Positions 32,401 to 37,974 of a stretch of 64,000 bases of DNA are shown here, one piece after another (position 1 is the first letter of the stretch; the number at the start of each line of letters is the position of its first letter). The position numbers were made by a program, and so were the translations under genes. The DNA is taken from contig JAAEQR010000195.1 of the NCBI GenBank assembly GCA_024231215.1, positions 433,349 through 497,348 on the forward strand, written 5' to 3'. The notes below the pieces were generated by a model, which had not been told where the DNA came from, searched no databases, and saw only the letters and a list, made by a program, of their open reading frames with translations. The stretch is from PVC group bacterium (lineage in GTDB: Bacteria; Omnitrophota; Gorgyraeia; B26-G9).

Positions 32401-35400
32401 AAACAGATGACAATACTGAGGGAAATATGATTATAAGTCATTCTGTGATTGATTATTTTGCTGTTTTGCATGATGGAGAAGCTGAGGCCGGAGTGGCAGA
32501 AGAAATCACAATAGAAGCAAAGGATGAATATGGTAATACATTAGTTGATTATACGAGTCAAATCACGGTTGATACTAATGGAACTCCGGGTACTATTACT
32601 TGGGGGAAGACTACCGGAGACGGGGTTTTTAATAACGGTGGAGCAGGTGTTGATACAGCAACTTATACCTTTGCTGCATCTGATGACGGAGTGGTGGTAT
32701 TGAATATTACAGATACTACAGTAGAAACTTTAAATATTTCTGTAAGTGGTGACAGTAAAACAGATAATGATACTGAAGGCGATTTGAACGTAGGTTCCGG
32801 AGCTTTAGAAGAATTTATAATTTCGCATGATGGTACAGCAGTTGCCGGGACCCAGGAAGCAATTACAGTTACTGCATATGATACTTATAGCAATATCAAA
32901 ACGAATTATACCGGACAGATAACTTTAGATACTAATGGTACCCAAGCTGCAATAAGCTGGGCTTTAAGCTCCGGGGTAGGAACGTTTAATGACGGTGGAG
33001 CAAGTGTGGATACAGCTACATATACTTTTGTCTCGGCTGATAATGGTACAGCTACGTTTATGATCACTGATACAAAAGCAGAAACCATTGATGTGAATGT
33101 AAGCGGTAGCGGAAAATTTGATGATGATTCAGAAGGGACCTTAGTTGTTTCTCCGGCAGTACTCAATGATTTTAAAATATCTCATGATGCTCAGGCAATA
33201 GCGGGTACATCGGAAAATATTACTATTTATGCTAAAGATTCCTATGGGAATACAAAGACTGATTATACCGGACAAATAATCGTGGATACAAACGGTACAG
33301 AAACTACGATTACCTGGGCATTAGTTACCGGTAACGGTACTTTCAATGATGATGGAGCAAGTGTAGATACAGCTGATTATACATTTGACGCAAATGATAA
33401 TGGGGAAGTAATATTGTCCATAAATGATACAACAGCGGAAGTAATAAATATATCGGTAAGTGGTAATAGTAAATTTGATGATGATACCGAAGGTAACTTA
33501 ACTGTAAATTCTGCGGTGATTGATTGCTTTGTAATCGTGCATGACGGTTCTGCGGTGCAATCTGTAGGAGAACTAATAACTGTTACAGCTAAAGATCAAT
33601 ATGCGAATAGTAAGGCTGATTATACCGGGACTATAACTTTAGATACTAATGGTGATGCGAATAATATCGCATGGGCATTGAACACAGGATCCGGGGTTTT
33701 TAATGATGGTGGTGCATCAGTGGATACTGCTACTTATGCTTATGTATCCGGGGATAGCGGGGTGGCTTTATTTGAAATTACGGATAATACAGCCCAGACA
33801 ATTAATATTTCCGTAAGCGGGGACGGTCAAACAGATGATGATACAGAAGGAAACCTGGTAGTACAGGCTTCTTCGACTACGGTTAGCGGGAGTGCAAATA
33901 CACTTACTTCTTATTATGTTCCTTCTGCGGTCAGCGGCAAATTAGTGCTTGATGTTACTTTGACCAATAATGATGTCCTTAGTACTGATACTTTAGAGAG
34001 TATTACGATAAATAATGTCGGAACGATTATGGACAGCCAGGTTAATTTGGTTAAATTATATTATGATAGTAATAATTCTAGTAGCTATACTCCGGGGGTG
34101 GATAATGAAATTGGGTCCGGAACTTTTTCAGGAGGAAGTATTACGTTTAATAATGTGAATGTTCAATTATCTGAGGCTGGAACAGAAGAGATATTTGTGA
34201 CTATTGATTTAAAAGCTGGCGTTAGTAACGGAGTAACTGTTGATGCTAGTATTCCTGTGGATGGTATGAATTTTGCCAATGCACCTGATTCTGAAAGTAT
34301 AATTCTTAATTCTTCCGGAAACTTGACTGTAGATTCCGCAACTCCGGGGGAAGTAACCAATTTGGCTACATCAAGCCATAACAATGCTACCAGTGCCTGG
34401 GATGATCCTCAGTCAAGAGATGATACGGTTTATGTGAGCTGGACCCCGGCTTTAGACAGTGGTAGTGGTATTGACGGTTATTCAATTCTTTGGGATACAA
34501 GTCCAACTACTTTACCGGATACAACCCAGGAGATAGAAGAAAGTATTACGGCTCAGACCAGTGCTGAATTGGCTGTGGGGAATGCCCACTATTTTCACAT
34601 TAGGAGTATAGACAAGGTAGGGAATTGGGATGATCAAGCAGCGCATATAGGACCTTTTTATATTGATACGACTTCTCCTGTTTCCACATCTATTTATCAG
34701 ATTACAGAATACGCTGGAGGAGATTATCTTTATGTGAGTGGTAATACAGTTTATTATTCCGGAGTTGGGTATTCTGCGTTTCGTGTTTTTGTGGAAGCAG
34801 CAGATGGTATATCTGCTCTTAAAGAAGCTGTATTTCCAACTACTACAAGTGCCGGAGGCACCGATGCAACAGAAGAAAGCGGTGCTTACGAATATATATA
34901 TACATATGAAGTAACCGCTGCCGGGAACAGCTATAATGATGTAAATGTTGCAGTATCTGATGTTGCGGGAAATACGACTAATGTTTCGTTTAGTGTGGTA
35001 TTGGATGAAACATCTCCGGCGACAGTAGCTTCTTTGAGTTCAAGTACACATACTCCAAGTGTTACTTCGGCTGATAATGATGTTACTTTGAACTGGACAG
35101 ATGCGAGTGATGCTGCAGCAGGTTTAGCCGGATATAGTATAGTTATAGATACAGCCTCAGACACATTGCCTCCACAATATAAAAATGTTAACAACGGGGT
35201 GGAGACATATATAGAAAGCGATCTTGATAACGGAACCTATTATGCTCATATCCGTCCGGTGGATAATGTGGGTAATTGGACGGCAAGCGCGACTCATGCC
35301 GGACCCTATATTGTTGGTCGCGGTTCTCTTGATGCATCTATTGCTGCTTCTCAGGCTGTGGTTAGTACGGATCAACAGTTTATGGTAACTATGACTGTTG

Positions 35401-37853
35401 ATAATACGGGTGATGCTAGTATTAGTGACGTTGATATTTCTAGCCTTACGGTTACAGGTACAAGCGGAGCTTCTGCAACGACCGGTTCTAACCCCGCTTC
35501 TCAGGATATTTCTTCTTCAGATCAGAAGCAATTTCAGTGGACTTATACGGCCGGATCTTCCAGCGGTACGATAAATTTTAAAGGTTCAGCCCAGGGTACG
35601 GACCAGGAAGGTTCAATTATTTCAGATATTGTTATTTCATCTGATATTGTGGTTGAAGAAAAAGCAGCTTTGAGCGTTGCTGCTTCGGCAAGTCCAAGTA
35701 CTGCAAATACAAACGAAACAATAACAATTACAGTTACGGTAACCAATAGCGGAGCAGCGGATGCATTAACCGTAGCACCAAGTTTGACCCCTTCGGGAAC
35801 AGCTAGTCCAGCTATAGATAGCGGTCCTAGCCCGGCTAATGCTACAGTTGGGGGAGGTAAATCTAAAGATTTTACGTTTACTGCGCATGGGACAGCTGCG
35901 GGAACAGCTACATTTACGGCAAACTTAACTTCTGGTACAGATGAAAATTCCGGAGATAATTTGTCAGTTACAGATGATGCTGATTCTGTAACTGTGGAGA
36001 CTCCGATTCCTTTTGAATTAACTTCATTGGTCAGTGCAACTCCTGTTGCCGTAAATACTTCAGAAACGATTACCGTAACTATGAGTGTGCAGAATACAGG
36101 TGCCAATAGTATAGCTAATGTGACACCTTCTTCTTTGGTAGTAGGCGGAACATCTTCGGATGCGGTTTATGCTACTGGGCCGGTTCCGGCTAATGTGGCT
36201 AGTTTAGCATCTGGTGCTAGTCAAAATTTTACCTGGACATATACAGCAGGAACTACGTTAGGAACTGTGAACTTTAGCGGAAACGCAGTAGGGACAGAGG
36301 CTTCTTCGACCTCAAATAGTTCCAGCGATATTACGATTCAGGCTGCTCCTGCAACATTAACCTCAACGATTAGTTCTTCTCCGACTAGCTTGCTGACTAA
36401 TGCTTCGATTACCGTAACTATGACAGTTACTAATACTGCTTCTGCAGGTGGAGCAGCCTCAGACGGAACAGGTCCTTCAAATCTCAGTTTAGATGGGACA
36501 AGCGGAGAAGCTAACTTATTAACCGGGCCGATTCCGGTAAGCGCGGATATTGCTGCCGGAGCTAGTCAGGATTTTGTCTGGACATATCGGGCTGGAACTA
36601 CAGCGGGTACAGTAAATTTTAGCGGGAATGCTTCCGGGACAGATGGAAATTCAGGAGCAGATGTTTCATCAACTTCTAATAGTTCAAACAATGTCACCAT
36701 AAGTACATTATCTCCGGATTGGATGTATCCGACCGGGACTGATGTTACCGGTCCGGTGCGTGGTGTTCCGATTGCTTATTGGGGGATGCGTAATTATATT
36801 TATTTTGGTTCTGATGACAATAATCTTTATGTACTTGACGGTGATACACATGAATTGGTTTTTGCATTTACCAGTTCCGGTATGATCCGGGGATTGCCGT
36901 ATCCATCCAGTGAGACTAAAGGAGCGGGGACCGAAGATGTTGTTTACTTTGGTACTTTGGGTAAGACGATATATTCGTTATGGGCGGATAATTCTTTGAA
37001 TTGGGAACGGGTAATGGGTGAAGAGCTTTCTACGACTATTTTATATGATTATGTTTCCGGTGTGTATTTTGGCACAAAAAGTAATAGAATATATTGTCTT
37101 GATTCTACTGACGGAACTGATGGCTGGGCAGCTCCGGCTGATGTGGGTGGTAGTGTTGAGTCTGATCCGGCAATGATTTATGTTCCTACGCTTGACTATG
37201 ACGAAGTATACTTTGGAGCTAGTGACGGAAAGATATACGCGTTTAAAGCTGCAGACGGAACCGGAGCACGTTCTTTTGATACAGGGTTTGGCGAGACAGG
37301 GGCAATAAAAACAGCTCCGTTTATTTCAAATCAGGAGCCGGGGAATAGTAGTTCGCGTCGTCTTGTATTCTTTGGCACAGCTAACGGCAGATTTTATGCG
37401 GTTAATACCGCTAATTTAAGTGCAAGTACGGCTGAGACCGGATGGGATACAAACCCGGTAGTTGTCGGAGACGCTGTATATTCTTCACCGTGGGTGGATG
37501 CAGATACCGATTGTGTATATTTCGGTTCACAGGACGGTAAGATTTATGCTTTAAATCTTGCGGATGGAACTTCTAAGGCTAATTTCCCGGTAGATATTGG
37601 TTCACCGATTGATTCTGCGCCGTTGGTGGAAAATGGAGTTATTTATTGTGGAGCAGATAACGGTAAGTTTTATGCTGTAGATATAGCTACTGGGACTCTT
37701 GTTCCGGGGTGGCCTTATGATACCGGAGATGCAATAAAAGGCGGTGCGGCATTACACTTGATTTATGATACGGAGACTTGGGATGTAATAGATACCTATG
37801 TTCTTGTTGGGTCTGATTCAGGTAAAATATATTCTTTTCAAGCGGTACAATAA
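17430..37853 (+). CDS. giant secreted multi-repeat surface protein (6,807 aa): IPT/TIG, FN3-like, Big_5-like and ~35 tandem Ig-like repeats, CARDB-like repeats, CBM-like module, C-terminal PQQ beta-propeller
   Basis: Single uninterrupted ORF with signal peptide MKRLITIGLILSIWCFSAILVYA|GDG. 3x ~155-aa N-terminal repeats (…VTWDT…). 7 IPT/TIG-like units (…ITGxxFxxxxGTGKVELxDxATYA…). 3 FN3-like units (…GVSGYSVYWGT…YYLRVRTFD…). Big_5-like (…LEFKLTFSETMD…). ~35 units of …HFxIxHDxxAxAGxxExxTxTAKDxYxNxKTDYTGxITxDTNGTxxxITWAxxTGNGTFNDGGASVDTATYTFxxxDNGVxxxxIxDTxxExxNISVSGDxKTDDDTEGxLxV…. 5 CARDB/DUF11-like units (…TVTNTGxxxxxxVxPS…WTYTAGT…GTVNFSGNAxGT). C-terminal PQQ-type propeller repeats (…VYFGSxDGKIYAxxxxDGT…). 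Domain names are from sequence pattern memory, not HMM. Confidence 0.85.
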   Translation: MKRLITIGLILSIWCFSAILVYAGDGDFAIYREATGGEASTATAADVTWDTTVSADATFSISANTSVDLSEGGHYFVMYNIGWLGSGGNRRSEQQMWLNLAGSEIVWGRSTGYIRRSNAMEAWQFGAAIINANAGDDLKIVEQRTDTYPTMVTNRIANSSSLMVLKLNDNWDYARISEAGGGQAFSSTTATAVTWDTNDELDTGSFTHTGDTDQITLKTAGHYLVTANIEMLTSGTSRTAGSMYLSLDGTEIDGTRTTSYIRGTDGTNNNTAVFSGIIETSSADQVLRVMMYEKTGSNPTIVANKAGITIVKLPDTADYVRLVKTTTQAVDGTDDPITWDSQVELDTGSFGNSSNLVTFTQDSDYLFLATFWADGTTNNSRNYPHWEWRKSGTKIQYGSGGKYSRGTGSAEAGNSLGLIAHGITTSNNIDIVNTDETNKDDAERLFQANRMALQAINMKAFLPPVITDAADEVFYNTETSVTITGDRFRTTKGTGKLELCDSATYATANKIEQTTTAWGNTSIDFTVNRSTLAEGTLYLFITNDDGQITGGYSVEVYDLPAITNVSPSTFVDTDTGIDITGSNFNAAQGSGIVELGNAATYAGSTTKVSQTVTGWAEGSITFTAVQGALGGGDVYVYVTDDYGHVSSGYQVKLAANPLITDIDDEVFYDGETSVTIIGDAFYAAKGTGKVELADSATYATANKVEQTTTSWGNSSIDFTVNRSTLSEGSLYVFVTNDDALTSAGYAVYVYDLPSISGVDPTSFMDSDTGIDISGADFGASQGTGILEIGDAATYAACVTKVSQTVTSWADDTITFTAVQGALTPGTVYLYVTDDNGHVSAAQSATLTVPPPPSITLVDPAGFTNNDPGIEITGSYFDASQGTGKVELGDASTYGSCTILEEQTITSWASDTITFTAVRGALTPGGVYLYVTNDDSDTSTGTSVNIAAEPIPEGTKLGAYQAAGSASGTTSRSRYMAMTSPDIDNIRIIKFGHKSNVAGSMRMGLYVGGAIGNPDNATLAADSGQVTHDGGGSWQEFDLTTPYDLAKNTQYGVAWKTDGASYYFDNTSLGNLEDCDQYWENLTNEPANSTNAFQGTLNVASTYDYTYLHYIVYVRYPTLSSVSETYIDDGDLAIQVNGVGFEDDNEFGNSANKIYLGDAATYAACSTLVEQTFTAWADAQITFNVSKGDLSDGTVYVYVINDNSQVSDNGQSVILDVNTPTNPTAPASGWDVSGKTNALTNNTWGGHASAYFEWTGADDSGGSGVSGYSVYWGTDSGGEPGVTQDQAGSSYDAGAILFDGIYYLRVRTFDNIGKFSEPITLFTYKYDKTDPVNPTSPSGAWYTSSKIDSLIDDTWQNDDETPYFEWSGATDATSGVSGYSVYWGTAIDGEPGLIQEQVVTTLGEVSATGDNTYYLRIRTFDFAGNYSDIVNLFTCKFDNTVPANPTAPALAWDSSGKSTGLTDNTVQNIDDTPYFEWSGATDATSGVSGYSVYWGIAIDGEPEITQEQTAISYDISTPTGDATYYLRVRTFDNATNYSDAITVFTFIYDSQKPTVLIEVSPDPTGSIPSGSLEFKLTFSETMDIGTTPTITYDPSGATGVQSVSTGGSWSTTTYSNDTYTVYNDNAITSTTGDGVATISVTQAKDPADNTMDADTDDSFDIDSAMHHFRVEHDGSGLINVAELLTITAVTQGGNTAIDYTGTITVSTQGETAQISWDVNTGTNAINDGGAGNDSATYLFDAADNGVVVLEMISTAPDTLDIEVDDTTYTDDDTEGNIVISSYALDHFVISHDNSGEAGVGENVTVTAINTESQTKTDYVGTITLDTTGTSTAIGWSLSSGNGIFNDGGGASDTATYNFNINDNGVATFIFTGTKVETLDIDVADGAETDDESEGTMAISPSAIDHFDITHDNSAVAGGAENVTITAKDAYENIKTNFTGTVTLDTDGDVNAVSWAEDAGNQGTFNDGGSGVASATYTFALADNGTADFTITDTKTESIDIDVSGSGKYDSDEEGLLLVTPGSINYFIIVHDNSAAAGVAEGLTVTSYDQYDNIKTDYTGEITLDTDGTATSITWALDTGNGIFADGGGLLDTATYTYDAADSGVATFTITDTTQESLDIDISGDANDNDSEGNLIVGLPVISYFVVLHDGAANAGVTENVTVTAKDSLGATMTSYVGQIQLDTNGTATTIVWALDTGDGTFNDGGASVDTALYTYDAADNGVAVFSIIDNTQETINIAVTGDGKTDNNTEGNLIVGVPLLSHFTISHDGNADAGVDENVTVTAKDTVDSTKTDYTGQITLDTNGTSGTITWALDTGNGTFNDGGALVDTATYNYTGSDNGVAIFTINDTTAESLDIDVSSGGIVDDETEGNLIVATGALDYFLIEHDNAAVINISELVIVTPRDSQNNIITDYTGQITLDTNTSSPSGITWTLLSGNGSFVDGGGSVDTATYTYALADSGTASFSIKSSSLETINLAVSGDGENDDNTEGNLVVGNAAELTWGMVDAVQAYATTTTSGRMISGYSPNISNMIITKLASHHGSTGSTRIGCWTGGVSGDPTGATLLVQTGNETVSSTGWAEHDVTDTPWPKNTRTWSGYALSGAAISYANNGAYNEDYDESHGRTHQPAGLSTNPATAHQNITGDGAEAAFWYYMHVMYTIEPGVNAISNSVISSSVDVGSSDKIILDLSLTNDSVTADTITAVTINNVGTASDSDISSVKLYYDSNNSEDYSPGADTQVGSGVFSSGTKTFSNLSINIDANLGTEELFVVVDISNSATPGNTIDVAIPANGITLSGTGTIEDAALNSSGNRSIVMLLDHFTISHDTAGLAGSDESITIMAKDSYGNTKIDYTGTINIDTTGTAGSIAWALSSGSGVFNDDGASVDTCDYTFSGADNGVVVLSLNDTISETLNISVSGDTKTDDNTEGDLVISPAPIHHFVIGHDNTAEAGIGESITVTAKDEFENTLVDYSSQITLDTNGSLDSISWTLSSGFGSFADGGGSVDTATYTFDETDDGVATFTMTDTISETINISVSGDTKTDDNTEGDLVVSAGTIDYFVISHDEVANAGIAETITITAKDSLGNTKADYIGTITIDTNGTVNTITWSDPGGNNGVFTEGGASVDTATYEYAADDNGEVTLNITDTKTEGLDISVTGDTKTDDDTEGDLTINPGVIDYFIVSHDGTAVTGISEDLIVTAYDAEDNIKTDYTGTITLDTNGTSTAITWTLKNGSGTLDDDGSNYDTADYTFNSSDLGTATFGIIDFAAETINVDVTGDAKTDDDTEGNLQFISSGIDHFLIVHDGDAIAGIAENITIYAKDANEDTITTYQGQITINTDGSATGIGWALNTGSGSFVDGGGTVDTATYTFDPTDNGVVILELTDTVEETIDISIVGEGKNDDDTEGVLEVNPAGMHHFNIVHDGNAQAGIADSITIQVHDANHNTVTDYTGEITVYTNGTATAITWAKQTGSGSFSEGGPTVDTATYTFVFQDNGVCVLTLADTKVETLNIGVSGGGKLDDDTEGALVVGPGLIDQFVITHDGGAIAGISDNVTIRAEDAYANLKTDYTGMITVDTNGTVDTIVWAKVVGNGTFLDGGASVDTATYTFDATDSGQCTLSVSDTIAESLNVSVSGDAKVDDDTEGDLVVTATSLDHFVVSHDNTAEAAVAESITITAYDIYENVKENYTGQITVDTSGTANAITWGLSVGNGTFLDGGASVDTATYTYADSDDGVVILTISDTVAQSIDVDCSGDAKTDDDTEGNLVVGATVINYFKVNHDELASAGVAENVTITAYDTYDNAKTNYTGTITVDTDGSADAITWAKITGGGSFVDGGGAVDTATYTYVAGDLGVVVLSITANAAESLDIDITGSSKSDDDTDNALVVSASTLEDFLISHDGQGVVNSGEPITITARDAYQNTKLDYTGEISVSVSGETGEITWAVANGAGSFADGGQYTDTANYTFHSNDEGVVILTLTDDEADTVNIAVSGGGKADENSEGTLSFTSSYIVIDNLDSGYTENATDNDWTTQTAGNEYSSDWRRDTTFNDGDWARWTPDIDLNGNYEVFAYWSSNGAANATDAPYTIYYNGGNDTVDKNQEVAGNMWNTLGTYEFISGTSGYVQLDDSANDDLSADAIKFELRGSANASANSVTTDAVEAGESDILILDFTVTNNYTENDTVNSITMNNNGTVSDSDIISIKLFYDSNNSYDYSPGVDSQIGTGTFSSGTKTFSGLNITVPGAGTKDFFVVLAIDSDVAQDVTLDVQIPIDGITLANAPEVEDSIINSSGTRTVSLVLDYFVIAHDNAANAGTSEDITVTAKDQYGNTVTSYEGTITLDTNGTVNTITWALDTGNGSFDDGGALADTATYTFNNSDNGIAVFTINDTKTETINIAVSGSGKSDENNEGDLVVSAGTLAHFDVDIDNSAIVGLADLVTVTAHDVNHNIIENYTGTITLDTNGTEDTITWGLNSGFGNFTDNGVLVDTATYEFDSSDNSTVVFLITDTMAETINIAVSGDGQQDYDDEGNLVFQTGSIDHFLIAHDGSAQAGVVDNITITAKDAYENTLVNYTGQITVDTDGTAATIEWAKVTGNGTFNDGGLSVDTATYTYNSSDNGVVVLSIKDTTLESLNIAVSGDGKSDDDTEGLISIGTGVIDHFAISHDGFAMQNQTEDITIKAYDAYNNIKTDYTGEITVDTDGSGDITWALDTGGGVFNDGGGGDDTATYTYVGGDSGEVVLSITDLSAEIINISVSGDTKTDDDNEGVLEVVAAGFHHFKITHDGNAVTGVAEQITITAKDVSDDTVTNYAGTMTVDTNGTATAIAWGLDTGNGTFNDDGAGVDTADYTFNASDNGVVILTLTDTNQETINISASGSGKTDDNTEGSLVINLAGIDHFIISHDGAAFAGMADDVNITAKDANSATVTSYTGTITIDTSGTSGTITWALVTGDGSFNDGGAAVDTADYTFVSGDNGVVTLSINDTTAETLNISVSGDGKTDDNTEGNMIISHSVIDYFAVLHDGEAEAGVAEEITIEAKDEYGNTLVDYTSQITVDTNGTPGTITWGKTTGDGVFNNGGAGVDTATYTFAASDDGVVVLNITDTTVETLNISVSGDSKTDNDTEGDLNVGSGALEEFIISHDGTAVAGTQEAITVTAYDTYSNIKTNYTGQITLDTNGTQAAISWALSSGVGTFNDGGASVDTATYTFVSADNGTATFMITDTKAETIDVNVSGSGKFDDDSEGTLVVSPAVLNDFKISHDAQAIAGTSENITIYAKDSYGNTKTDYTGQIIVDTNGTETTITWALVTGNGTFNDDGASVDTADYTFDANDNGEVILSINDTTAEVINISVSGNSKFDDDTEGNLTVNSAVIDCFVIVHDGSAVQSVGELITVTAKDQYANSKADYTGTITLDTNGDANNIAWALNTGSGVFNDGGASVDTATYAYVSGDSGVALFEITDNTAQTINISVSGDGQTDDDTEGNLVVQASSTTVSGSANTLTSYYVPSAVSGKLVLDVTLTNNDVLSTDTLESITINNVGTIMDSQVNLVKLYYDSNNSSSYTPGVDNEIGSGTFSGGSITFNNVNVQLSEAGTEEIFVTIDLKAGVSNGVTVDASIPVDGMNFANAPDSESIILNSSGNLTVDSATPGEVTNLATSSHNNATSAWDDPQSRDDTVYVSWTPALDSGSGIDGYSILWDTSPTTLPDTTQEIEESITAQTSAELAVGNAHYFHIRSIDKVGNWDDQAAHIGPFYIDTTSPVSTSIYQITEYAGGDYLYVSGNTVYYSGVGYSAFRVFVEAADGISALKEAVFPTTTSAGGTDATEESGAYEYIYTYEVTAAGNSYNDVNVAVSDVAGNTTNVSFSVVLDETSPATVASLSSSTHTPSVTSADNDVTLNWTDASDAAAGLAGYSIVIDTASDTLPPQYKNVNNGVETYIESDLDNGTYYAHIRPVDNVGNWTASATHAGPYIVGRGSLDASIAASQAVVSTDQQFMVTMTVDNTGDASISDVDISSLTVTGTSGASATTGSNPASQDISSSDQKQFQWTYTAGSSSGTINFKGSAQGTDQEGSIISDIVISSDIVVEEKAALSVAASASPSTANTNETITITVTVTNSGAADALTVAPSLTPSGTASPAIDSGPSPANATVGGGKSKDFTFTAHGTAAGTATFTANLTSGTDENSGDNLSVTDDADSVTVETPIPFELTSLVSATPVAVNTSETITVTMSVQNTGANSIANVTPSSLVVGGTSSDAVYATGPVPANVASLASGASQNFTWTYTAGTTLGTVNFSGNAVGTEASSTSNSSSDITIQAAPATLTSTISSSPTSLLTNASITVTMTVTNTASAGGAASDGTGPSNLSLDGTSGEANLLTGPIPVSADIAAGASQDFVWTYRAGTTAGTVNFSGNASGTDGNSGADVSSTSNSSNNVTISTLSPDWMYPTGTDVTGPVRGVPIAYWGMRNYIYFGSDDNNLYVLDGDTHELVFAFTSSGMIRGLPYPSSETKGAGTEDVVYFGTLGKTIYSLWADNSLNWERVMGEELSTTILYDYVSGVYFGTKSNRIYCLDSTDGTDGWAAPADVGGSVESDPAMIYVPTLDYDEVYFGASDGKIYAFKAADGTGARSFDTGFGETGAIKTAPFISNQEPGNSSSRRLVFFGTANGRFYAVNTANLSASTAETGWDTNPVVVGDAVYSSPWVDADTDCVYFGSQDGKIYALNLADGTSKANFPVDIGSPIDSAPLVENGVIYCGADNGKFYAVDIATGTLVPGWPYDTGDAIKGGAALHLIYDTETWDVIDTYVLVGSDSGKIYSFQAVQ
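22420..33870 (+). repeat. coding tandem-repeat array (~315-360 bp units) inside the giant gene
   Basis: About 35 near-periodic units. Some stretches are identical at DNA level between units (e.g. ttccttgatggcggagccagtgtagatactgctacttatac at ~28200 and ~28557). Confidence 0.8.
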
Positions 37854-37974
37854 CTCATTCGACAGGCTTAGGGTTAATGCTGAGCTGGTCGAAGTATGAA
37901 AAAATCAAAAGGACAAAAAAATGGTTGTAAATTAAGGAGGTTCCGGGTGTATAATAAAAACATGGGGGTGTAAT

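Noticed and set aside
22420-33870. Periodic ~315-bp repeats considered as a possible CRISPR or satellite array
   Set aside because: The units are 10x longer than CRISPR repeats, have no spacer/repeat alternation, and are continuously in-frame coding (Ig-like domain repeats).
20374-36106. Multiple 60-190-aa ORFs inside the giant gene, mostly antisense (22034-22442, 27642-27896, 32906-33166, 34163-34384, 34931-35375, 35543-36106), plus a same-strand out-of-frame ORF at 20374-20562
   Set aside because: They lie entirely within a long, clearly coding repeat-rich ORF. Their composition (Ser/Val/Thr-rich, or Cys/Ile-rich mirror frames) is what antisense or out-of-frame reading of a T/S/G/D-rich repeat array produces. 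They have no start context or domain signal.
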